41,169 nucleotides of DNA from a virus (IMGVR_UViG_3300032219_002585:1-41169), one strand, 5' to 3'; counted from the stretch's first letter, positions 19,782 to 27,341 are shown. Notes: generated by a model not told the origin, from the letters alone. A program made the numbers and translations.

Positions 19782-21416
19782 ATGAGTGAACTATTAAGAT
19801 TAGCTAACCTAAAACGACTTACTCCCAAAGACTTAGAATCTTCGGTGTTGGCTGATGTTTTTCAACAAATTAAATTATCACTGGGAATATCAAAACCAAG
19901 ACAAATATTGAGTCATGCTATTAGTGGGTTGGGTTCTATTCCAAAATGTCCATGTGGCTCTACTTTATCTTGGTCTGATGATCATAGAAGATATCGAGTA
20001 TATTGTAGCAATGCCTGTACCGCAACCTATTCAGTTGCTGCCAAAAAAGAAAAAAATAAAGAGTTATATGGCGTAGAATGGCATAGCCAACGTGCTGATT
20101 GGCTATCCAAAATGCGATCTACCAGTTTAAAGAAATACGGCACTGAGCATTATAGCAAAACACCTGAGCACAAGGAACGGACAAAAAAGAGTAATCAACG
20201 AAAATTTAATGTTGATTATCCCGCACAATCACCGCAAATACAAGTTAAAATGAAGAATACTTGTACTGAACGATATGGTGTAGATAACCCCGCCAAGGTA
20301 CAAGAAATCGCAGATCGGATTAAAGGTACATGCTTAGAAAAATATGGTGTGAGCAATCCAGCGCAAAAAAATTATTCACCGGAGGCAATCCATTTCTTAG
20401 AGGACGATGAGTTTTTTAAAACAGAATTAGATAGTTTTTCAGTGATTGACCTTTCTAAAAAATATGATATCTCAGTTAAACCTATATACGACAAAGTAAA
20501 CTTTCTTGGTATCAAACTAACGCATAGGGTCTCTAGTTCATTTGAGGTAGAAGTCACTGCCTTCATTTCATCTTTGTACCCGGATGAGGTTTTGACGAAT
20601 GATTGGACTATATTGAAAGACAAACAATTAGACATTTTGTTACCCAAATTGAGTCTAGCATTCGAGTGTAATGGTACATACTGGCACACTGAATTGTTGG
20701 GTAGAGGCAACAAATATCACTTATCCAAAACAGCTAGGTGTAGGGAAAACAACATTACTCTCGTCCATATCTGGGAGCATGATTGGTATCAAAAAAATGA
20801 CATTATGAAGTCTATGATTGCCAGTCGAGTGAACCATGTCTCGGTGAAGATACCAGCTAGAAAAACCCAAATCAAAGAGATCAGTCAACCAGATGCTGCC
20901 GTATTTTTTAAAAATAACCATTTACAAGGTAGAACATACCAAGCAGCAGTGAACCTGGGGTTATATTTTGCTGGGGAACTAGTTTCTGTCATGTCTTTTG
21001 GCTCTAATCGCTTCACTTCAAAGTATCAATGGGAATTGTTGCGGTTCGCAAATAAAATAAATACTACTGTAGTAGGAGGAGCTAGTAAATTATTCAAAAA
21101 TTTCTTGGAGCATCACAGTCCCGAATCAATAGTATCCTTTTCTGACAAAATGCATTCAACTGGGAAAATGTATGCCATCTTGGGATTTACTCATATGGGT
21201 ACTAGTAAACCTGGCTACAAATATACAAAAAACTATACCGATGTGTTCAACCGGCAGAAATTTCAGAAACACAAATTAAAAAAATCACTGCCCATTTTTG
21301 ATAGTTCTCTATCCGAAGCAGCCAATATGTTAAACAATGGATACACCCGTTTGTGGGATTGTGGACATGATGTATTTGTTTGGAGCAAAGTACCCAACAT
21401 CACTCAGGGCAAATAA
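19782..21416 (+). CDS. Free-standing putative homing endonuclease (Hef-like: Cys-rich N-terminus, KYG repeats, PD-(D/E)xK/Vsr-like nuclease, GNAT-like C-terminal domain), copy 1
   Basis: CPCG...YCSNAC, repeated KKYG/ERYG/EKYG units, SSFEVEV...LDILLP...AFECNGTYWH, WELLRF...GGASKLF...VSFSD...YAILGF, GYTRLWDCG. Confidence 0.75.
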   Translation: MSELLRLANLKRLTPKDLESSVLADVFQQIKLSLGISKPRQILSHAISGLGSIPKCPCGSTLSWSDDHRRYRVYCSNACTATYSVAAKKEKNKELYGVEWHSQRADWLSKMRSTSLKKYGTEHYSKTPEHKERTKKSNQRKFNVDYPAQSPQIQVKMKNTCTERYGVDNPAKVQEIADRIKGTCLEKYGVSNPAQKNYSPEAIHFLEDDEFFKTELDSFSVIDLSKKYDISVKPIYDKVNFLGIKLTHRVSSSFEVEVTAFISSLYPDEVLTNDWTILKDKQLDILLPKLSLAFECNGTYWHTELLGRGNKYHLSKTARCRENNITLVHIWEHDWYQKNDIMKSMIASRVNHVSVKIPARKTQIKEISQPDAAVFFKNNHLQGRTYQAAVNLGLYFAGELVSVMSFGSNRFTSKYQWELLRFANKINTTVVGGASKLFKNFLEHHSPESIVSFSDKMHSTGKMYAILGFTHMGTSKPGYKYTKNYTDVFNRQKFQKHKLKKSLPIFDSSLSEAANMLNNGYTRLWDCGHDVFVWSKVPNITQGK

Positions 21417-21420
21417 CTTC

Positions 21421-21449
21421 TTTACTTTCACCTACTAATAATATAAAAT
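21421..21449 (+). promoter_or_regulatory. Possible sigma70-type promoter for gp47/gp46
   Basis: TTTACT, 17 nt, TAAAAT, ending 7 nt before ATG 21457; no Shine-Dalgarno visible. Confidence 0.45.
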
Positions 21450-21456
21450 AGAATCT

Positions 21457-22473
21457 ATGGCAAATTTATTCAAAAAAGCAGCGGTTATGACTGACCTCCA
21501 CATAGGACTCAAGTCAAATAGTGTAGTCCATAACGAAGACTGTTTAAACTTCGTGACTTGGTTTGTTGATAAGGCAAAGAAAGAACAGTGCGAAATAGCC
21601 ATAATATGTGGTGATTGGCACAATCATAGAGCCAATATCAATATACATAGCTTACATTATTCAATGCGTTGTTTGGAATTGTTAAACAACAACTTTTCAC
21701 AAGTATTTTTTATAACAGGTAACCATGATTTATATTACCGAGAAAATAGGAATATACACAGTGTTGGATGGGCAGATTATTTACCCAATGTAACGGTGAT
21801 TAATGATATTCTCTCGGTCGGTGATGTTACCTTTTGTCCATGGCTAGTGGGCGATGAGGCAAACAGAGTTAAAAAAATAAAATCTACTTATATATTTGGG
21901 CATTTTGAATTGGGCAATTTTTATATGAATGCTCAGGTTCTAATGCCAGAACATGATGGGTTGTTAAAAATTGATGATTTTGGTAATACAGGTACAGTGT
22001 TTTCTGGTCACTTCCACAAGAGACAATCTATAAAAAATATTTGGTATATTGGGAATGCTTTCCCACATAATTATTCCGATGCTGGTGATGACGCCAGAGG
22101 AATGATGATATTGGAATGGGGGCAAAATCCCGAATTTCATTCTTGGCCCAATCAACCTAAATTTAGAGTACACAAACTAAGCTCCGTATTAGAAAATCCC
22201 AAAGGCTTGCTGCTACCTGATAGCCACGTAAGGGTACACTTAGATATTGATGTAAGTTATGAAGAAGCCAATTTCTTACGTGAAACTTTTATACCCGAAT
22301 ACAACCTCAGAGAAATGACATTGTTACCTATTAAAATTGATCAAGCTGGGCAAGATCCAGTAACTGGACTTAAGTTTGAAAGTGTAGATCAGATGGTAAT
22401 AGAAAGCATTAACGCTATTGAGAGCGAGGGGTTCGACAAACAGTATCTCTTATCTATCTATAATAACTTGTGA
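21457..22473 (+). CDS. gp47: Recombination nuclease subunit, gp47/Mre11/SbcD-like
   Basis: Metallophosphoesterase motifs DLHIG, GDWHN, GNHD, GHFE, GHFH; directly upstream of gp46. Confidence 0.93.
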   Translation: MANLFKKAAVMTDLHIGLKSNSVVHNEDCLNFVTWFVDKAKKEQCEIAIICGDWHNHRANINIHSLHYSMRCLELLNNNFSQVFFITGNHDLYYRENRNIHSVGWADYLPNVTVINDILSVGDVTFCPWLVGDEANRVKKIKSTYIFGHFELGNFYMNAQVLMPEHDGLLKIDDFGNTGTVFSGHFHKRQSIKNIWYIGNAFPHNYSDAGDDARGMMILEWGQNPEFHSWPNQPKFRVHKLSSVLENPKGLLLPDSHVRVHLDIDVSYEEANFLRETFIPEYNLREMTLLPIKIDQAGQDPVTGLKFESVDQMVIESINAIESEGFDKQYLLSIYNNL

Positions 22474-22498
22474 TTTTAATTCCCAACCAACAATATAC

Positions 22499-24562
22499 AT
22501 GCTAATACTCAAAAATATAACTCTTAAAAATTTCCTTTCCATAGGTGCAGTTTGTCAAGAAGTAAATTTTGACAGGCACGATCTCACGCTTATTTTGGGT
22601 GATAACCAAGACTTAGGTGGCGGCGCCTCAAAAAATGGTGTAGGGAAAACTGCGTTGGTACAGGCCCTTAGTTATGCTTTGTTTGGTGTTCCAATCAACA
22701 ATATTCGCAAAGACAATTTAGTAAATAGAACCAACGGCAAGAACATGGTGGTTACATTAGAATTTTCAGTCAGTGGGGTTGAATACAAAATTGAACGGGG
22801 TCGAAAACCCAATATTCTAAAATTTTATGTTAACGATGTTCAGCAGAAAATTCAGGATGACGCTCAGGGAGAAAACAAGGAAACTCAGGCTGCGATTGAA
22901 AAAATCATAAACATGTCTATCGATATGTTCAAGCAAATTGTAGCATTAAATACATATTCGGAACCCTTTTTAGCTTTACGAAACAATGAACAGCGAATAA
23001 TCATAGAACAGCTATTGGGTATAACATTACTTACTGAAAAGGCAGAAGTTGTCAAAAATTTGATCCGTGAGTCCAAGGATAGCCTTCAGCAAGAAGAATT
23101 CAATATAAGAGCAATCGAAGAAGCCAATAAGCGTGTAAAAGAACAAATCGACAGTTTTAAGCGTCGGCAAAAGCTTTGGCTAGCAAAGCACGACGAAGAT
23201 TTACTAAAACTAGTTACAGAATATGATGGCTTAAGTAAAATTAATATCAATCTTGAATTATTGGCGCACAAAGAATTAACTATTTGGAGCCAGAATAAAG
23301 AAAAATTGGACCGGTATAATTCATTGTTGGGAAGGCAAGCTGCTTGGAAACAAAAACAAGATACAGAATTGCGCGAACTAAACACACAATTGCTTAAACT
23401 AAACTTCTATAACATAGAAGATGAGATATTAGCACATAAGAATTTAGTCGTGTATAATGAAAAAGTCAAAGAAAGTGAGGAACTAAAGTCCAATATAGCA
23501 CAACTTAGAAAAGAACTAGCTAAAGAAAACACCAACTGGACTAAATTAGATACTGAGGTTAAAACTTTAAAAGACCATAAATGTTACGCTTGTAACCAAG
23601 AGTTACATGACGAGGAACATGCTATGGTATTGAATAAAAAATTAAAAGACTTAGAAGAAAGCAAAAAGGCAAAAGATAAGTTATATTCCGATCTAGCGTT
23701 ATTAGAATCTACTACTATATTTGTACCCACTAAGCCCAACACCTTATATAAAACTGAGGCCGAAGCCATTCGTCATAGCAGTGAAATAGATAACATAAAG
23801 CAACAAATATCAGCTAACGAATTGGAAGTTGATCCATACGCTGAGCAATTAGTTGAAAATAATGTAGAATTGGGCGTTCAACCCAAAACACATTATGATA
23901 CTGAGCAAGAGGCAGTTAAGCATAGCAGTAGAATAGAATCATTATTGGGTCAGATTACCAATAAAAATGACGAATCAGACCCTTATGCTGAGCAAATTTT
24001 GGAAATGGAGGCTAGGGCGCTACAAGAAATAAGCTTTGATAAAATCAATGCCCTTACTAAAAAAATGGAACACCTAAAGTTTCTATTTGAAATGCTAACA
24101 AGTAAAGATAGCTTTCTCCGTAAAAAAATTATTGATCAAAATCTTAGTTACCTAAACATTAGACTAACTCATTATCTAGATAAGATTGGATTACCCCATC
24201 AAGTAATTTTTAAAAATGACTTACAAGTTGAAATTACTGAATTGGGTAGAGAAATGGACTTTCATAATTTGTCCAGAGGGGAAATGAACCGGCTTATCCT
24301 AGCCCTAAGTTTTGCTTTCCGTGATGTATGGGAGAATTTATACATGCCCATAAATACTCTATTCGTAGATGAATTAATCGATTCTGGATTGGATACTCTA
24401 GGTGTAGAAAATGCCATCGCTATTTTGAAAGATATGTATCGTGTGAGACAAAAATCAATTTGGTTGATCAGCCATCGTGAAGAACTTTCAGGCAGAGTAC
24501 CCAGTATTCTTAAGGTTGTGAAAGTGGGCGGATTCACTAGTTTTAATCACTCGGAAATCTAA
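22499..24562 (+). CDS. gp46: Recombination ATPase subunit, gp46/Rad50/SbcC-like (687 aa)
   Basis: LKNFLSIG, Walker A NGVGKT, zinc hook CYAC, signature LSRGE, Walker B LFVDE, ISH. Start moved from 22418 to ATG 22499 to avoid overlap with gp47. Confidence 0.93.
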   Translation: MLILKNITLKNFLSIGAVCQEVNFDRHDLTLILGDNQDLGGGASKNGVGKTALVQALSYALFGVPINNIRKDNLVNRTNGKNMVVTLEFSVSGVEYKIERGRKPNILKFYVNDVQQKIQDDAQGENKETQAAIEKIINMSIDMFKQIVALNTYSEPFLALRNNEQRIIIEQLLGITLLTEKAEVVKNLIRESKDSLQQEEFNIRAIEEANKRVKEQIDSFKRRQKLWLAKHDEDLLKLVTEYDGLSKININLELLAHKELTIWSQNKEKLDRYNSLLGRQAAWKQKQDTELRELNTQLLKLNFYNIEDEILAHKNLVVYNEKVKESEELKSNIAQLRKELAKENTNWTKLDTEVKTLKDHKCYACNQELHDEEHAMVLNKKLKDLEESKKAKDKLYSDLALLESTTIFVPTKPNTLYKTEAEAIRHSSEIDNIKQQISANELEVDPYAEQLVENNVELGVQPKTHYDTEQEAVKHSSRIESLLGQITNKNDESDPYAEQILEMEARALQEISFDKINALTKKMEHLKFLFEMLTSKDSFLRKKIIDQNLSYLNIRLTHYLDKIGLPHQVIFKNDLQVEITELGREMDFHNLSRGEMNRLILALSFAFRDVWENLYMPINTLFVDELIDSGLDTLGVENAIAILKDMYRVRQKSIWLISHREELSGRVPSILKVVKVGGFTSFNHSEI

Positions 24563-24590
24563 ATTAAATTTTTTGTGCTATTCTAAGGTA

Positions 24591-24598
24591 TATAAATA
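24591..24598 (+). promoter_or_regulatory. T4-type late promoter TATAAATA
   Basis: Exact T4 late consensus, 5 nt before ATG 24604. Confidence 0.7.
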
Positions 24599-24603
24599 TG
24601 ATC

Positions 24604-25152
24604 ATGCCATCTAAATCTAAAAATAAAGGAAGCTCATTTGAAAGGGAAGTCGCTACTTTTCTCTCAAAGCTATATAACGACAGTTTCGTCCGCGCACCAG
24701 GTTCTGGAGCATATGTGGGCGGATCTAATTCACGAAGAAAAGATTTTCTAAGTGAGGCGCAAATTAAATCCTTTAAGGGGGATATTGTCCCACCTGATTC
24801 TTGGATTAAATTCAATGCTGAGGCCAAAAGTTATGCCAATTTTCCTTTCCATCTACTGTACACAGGAGATTGTAAGGTATTAGATAATTGGTTAGGTCAA
24901 ATGATGGAAGTCGCTGAATCAAGTGACGTAAATATTCTAGTCATGAAGTTTAACAGGAAAGGTAAGTTTGTAGCAGTACAAAGCAGTTTGACGTGGATCA
25001 CTGATAATTTCACTTATTATTCATCTAAATCATATGGTGATTGGGTTATTATTGAATTTGAACAATTTTTTAAATTGAACAAAGACTTACTAAAAACTTA
25101 TTCTTCCGTTGCAACAATCGATATCACTGAGGAAGAATCAACAGATCAGTGA
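24604..25152 (+). CDS. Holliday junction resolvase (Hjc-like PD-(D/E)xK nuclease)
   Basis: SKNKGSSFEREVA...GDIV...AEAKSY pattern; follows gp47/gp46. Confidence 0.75.
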   Translation: MPSKSKNKGSSFEREVATFLSKLYNDSFVRAPGSGAYVGGSNSRRKDFLSEAQIKSFKGDIVPPDSWIKFNAEAKSYANFPFHLLYTGDCKVLDNWLGQMMEVAESSDVNILVMKFNRKGKFVAVQSSLTWITDNFTYYSSKSYGDWVIIEFEQFFKLNKDLLKTYSSVATIDITEEESTDQ

Positions 25153-25155
25153 GTA

Positions 25156-25218
25156 TCAAAGATCAATATGATTAATCATCCTGGGCATACCCAAGAGTTG
25201 ATAGTATATTGGTTTTGA
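25156..25218 (+). other. Long imperfect stem-loop just after the resolvase stop
   Basis: TCAAAGATCAATAT pairs with ATATTGGTTTTGA (one bulge, G-U pairs); apical TGGG-CATA-CCCA. Confidence 0.55.
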
Positions 25219-25243
25219 CATAAGCAAAGGGTTGCGTTAGATT
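25215..25243 (+). promoter_or_regulatory. Sigma70-type promoter pointing into the non-coding region
   Basis: TTGACA (25215-20), 17 nt, TAGATT (25238-43); no credible plus-strand gene follows for about 2 kb. Confidence 0.65.
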
Positions 25244-25249
25244 TAACAA

Positions 25250-25910
25250 GCCTATGAATTGCCTAGCGGTCCAATGAGTTTATGCAAATAGACATTCATG
25301 GACACGGTAGTCTGAATTTGTTTATGGGACGCGGGGTTAACGCCCTCGTGAGTGCTGTTTGGTCGGGGATCCTCGACTCTCCTTGAGCCAGCCGAGGTAA
25401 GGCTCGTCGCCGGCGGATCTGGAGTTAGGATGATTGAATACAATCATCGAATACCGACAGGGCACTCGACATAGATTGCGAACCCTGAACAAGCCTATAA
25501 CTATCCTGTCTTGATGTTATAGGATGTGCGTTGCGGATGTGGACGGGAGTCCGCTATATAGAAGAACCCGATACTATATAGCACCTATTGATTTAATAGG
25601 GATGAACCTGTCCTTTCATGGATTGTTATATAAGTAGTGACCAAGTTGAACTTGGTCGGCCAAGTTGAACTTGGTTTTGGTCAAGGTGACTTGGCTTCTC
25701 AATCTGCATCAACTACGGCCCAGTAATACCTTACCGAGCAACCGGTGGCGGTCGATGGCGAAAAAATGGCTAATCACTGTGGGAAAGACAGCAGAAGGAT
25801 GACGGTCCCGGATAACCCGGAAGTAAATCCCTGGTAGTGCTTTCCGGCACTACCATGGACTCTAATCTGGATGATGATTACGCCCCTGAGGCGTGCAGCA
25901 CAGGAGTGCT
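25250..25910 (+). ncRNA. Candidate large structured non-coding RNA (about 660 nt), family not recognised
   Basis: Visibly GC-richer than the flanks, more than a dozen stems, GNRA tetraloops (GCAA, GGGA, GTGA), G-U wobbles that work only on the plus strand, nested and long-range pairings, upstream promoter. Confidence 0.65.
25639..25695. repeat. Tandem palindromic repeats CCAAGTTGAACTTGGT x2 plus a degenerate third copy
   Basis: Exact 16-mers at 25641-25656 and 25660-25675; GTCAAG-GTGA-CTTGGC at 25680-25695. Confidence 0.85.
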
Positions 25911-25958
25911 AGGTTTAGTGTTAAAGACAATTGGATTAGCTCTTTATAGTTAAAAAGA

Positions 25959-26055
25959 ATACCAAATTTGCTATAAGAGCGCAAGCGCAGTGAAGCGCTC
26001 TGGTGCGCGAAAGCGCAATAGCAAATTTAAGGTATAGATGATCGGTAGATCATCT
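25959..26055. other. Three-way-junction inverted-repeat element plus adjacent hairpin
   Basis: AAATTTGCTAT (25964-74) / ATAGCAAATTT (26018-28) encloses AGAGCGC/GCGCTCT and TGCGC-GAAA-GCGCA; then AGATGATC-GGTA-GATCATCT (26036-55). Confidence 0.75.
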
Positions 26056-26174
26056 TGATATCACAGTAATCTTTAGAATAAGTAAGATAGATAGGATATA
26101 CAAATTTGTTGGTTTAATGAATATCCATGGCCATTGTAAACAAAACTCTAATATTACCAGCCCATAAATAACTC

Positions 26175-26218
26175 CATGGCTTAATAGCCATGAATATGGG
26201 GAGCACTCTCCCCATATT
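26175..26218. terminator. Two abutting perfect hairpins between convergent units (terminator or small RNA)
   Basis: CATGGCT-TAAT-AGCCATG and AATATGGGGAG-CACT-CTCCCCATATT; no clear U-tract. Confidence 0.45.
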
Positions 26219-26249
26219 AGTTACATCTGATTTTTAGACTAATGTGTGA

Positions 26250-26426
26250 TTAGAAAAATGGCATCTTAGTAGCTTTTGCCGTTTCCAAATTCGATTCAAT
26301 CAGTTCTTTAATGTGCTGCCTTTCCTGCCAGGACATGTTTAGGATGTCATTATAAGAAGCTCCGCCTCTCATATACCATGAAAAACTGAATGCTTGTTTT
26401 TTGATCTCCACGCATTCTGTTTCCAT
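26250..26426 (-). CDS. Small baseplate hub/tail assembly protein, gp51-like (58 aa); probably also expressed as the -1 frameshift extension of the upstream gene
   Basis: Not in the ORF track. METECVEIKKQAFSFSWYMRGGASYNDILNMSWQERQHIKELIESNLETAKATKMPFF; ILNMSxxER motif; frame open back to the slippery site at 26486. Confidence 0.75.
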   Translation of the reverse strand: METECVEIKKQAFSFSWYMRGGASYNDILNMSWQERQHIKELIESNLETAKATKMPFF

Positions 26427-26473
26427 ATCTTTTATAAGCTTTGCTACTCCCTCATGGTCGAGATGTAGAAGCC

Positions 26474-27304
26474 TTAACCGAAAAAATCGGTTGCGTTTAT
26501 CACCACCTCTTGGTCATACTTATTACTACATCCTGGGCAAACAACCTTTAAGGGTTTTATCGTGGTGGAATTTTTTAGCTCTGCGTTATAATCTCTTATG
26601 GATGTAAAAGTCTTTTTGTCACAATTTCTTAAGTATTCTAATATGTAATTCGAATCTGTTACGGATTCACTCTCAGTTTCAATGTACTCAATAGTTGTAC
26701 TTAATATTTTCATTGTAAGCTCAGTGATCATTTTCAATGCTTCTTGACTTTTTTCAATTTTGATCTTATCATTTGTTTCGTTTTCAATTTGACTAAAGAT
26801 TTTTTGAACTTCAAATTGGTTAAGATTTACCGCATTCATTTCTTTGTACTTAAGTGGTCTAAATTTTATCTTTAGTCCATTTATCTCTAATAGAACACTA
26901 TAATCAGCAGCATTCATACCAGACAATAACGAAATTAAATTCACATTGTATGTTGCGATTTCCTCACATTTAGTACATTTCGATTGGATCTCATAGTCGT
27001 TGCCTTGAGTCGCTGTTTTAATACCTACTAATATGGTATCAAAGTCTACACTAGTTATTTCATACGGATTTTTAATATTAGGTACGCAACTCTTAATTAG
27101 CTCTGATATAGCATCTCCGTTGAATAATGCATCAGGTGTTTTCGTAGTGATTTCATCAATGGCAGTCATGGGATATATAGGCAATTCACCATTTTTTGGT
27201 AAGTCTAATACATCGGGTCCATAGCCAGTGCCACCGCTGGGTAATTTTAGATAAATCGATGGTCTTCTAAAATATTGTCGTAGTGGGTTATTTGGATCTG
27301 ACAT
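26474..27304 (-). CDS. gp26: Baseplate hub assembly protein / tail chaperone, gp26-like (276 aa)
   Basis: YLKLPSGG, IYPMTAIDEI, two CxxC motifs (CTKC, CPGC), IKFRPLKY, terminal DFFG; divergent from the tape-measure gene. Confidence 0.72.
   Translation of the reverse strand: MSDPNNPLRQYFRRPSIYLKLPSGGTGYGPDVLDLPKNGELPIYPMTAIDEITTKTPDALFNGDAISELIKSCVPNIKNPYEITSVDFDTILVGIKTATQGNDYEIQSKCTKCEEIATYNVNLISLLSGMNAADYSVLLEINGLKIKFRPLKYKEMNAVNLNQFEVQKIFSQIENETNDKIKIEKSQEALKMITELTMKILSTTIEYIETESESVTDSNYILEYLRNCDKKTFTSIRDYNAELKNSTTIKPLKVVCPGCSNKYDQEVVINATDFFG
26480..26486 (-). other. Candidate -1 ribosomal frameshift site T TTT TTC
   Basis: GAT TTT TTC GGT TAA at the gene end is an in-frame X XXY YYZ heptamer; the -1 frame is open for 76 more sense codons. 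Confidence 0.65.
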
Positions 27305-27341
27305 AAAAATTCCTTAAAGTGAAATATGTGGTAAAATTATA

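Noticed and set aside
22418-22498. Longer N-terminus for gp46 (likewise 31657 for portal and 33506 for the small head gene)
   Set aside because: The extensions overlap upstream genes or promoters; the downstream ATGs fit the family N-termini and promoter positions.
25326-25350. GGACGCGGGGTTAACGCCC as a tRNA or tmRNA T-arm
   Set aside because: No TTCRA loop, no acceptor stem or CCA end, and no cloverleaf could be built.
25252-25443. 63-aa minus-strand ORF in the structured region
   Set aside because: No ribosome-binding site or recognisable protein features; better explained as a chance ORF in GC-richer DNA.
25639-25695. Palindromic repeats as a mini CRISPR array
   Set aside because: Units are 16 nt with only 3-4 nt between them; no spacers and no cas genes.
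25250-25910. Group I/II intron, RNase P or hammerhead ribozyme
   Set aside because: I could not find the P7 R/S elements, domain V, GAGGAAAGUCC or CUGAUGA cores by eye, and no interrupted gene flanks the region. A covariance-model search is still needed.
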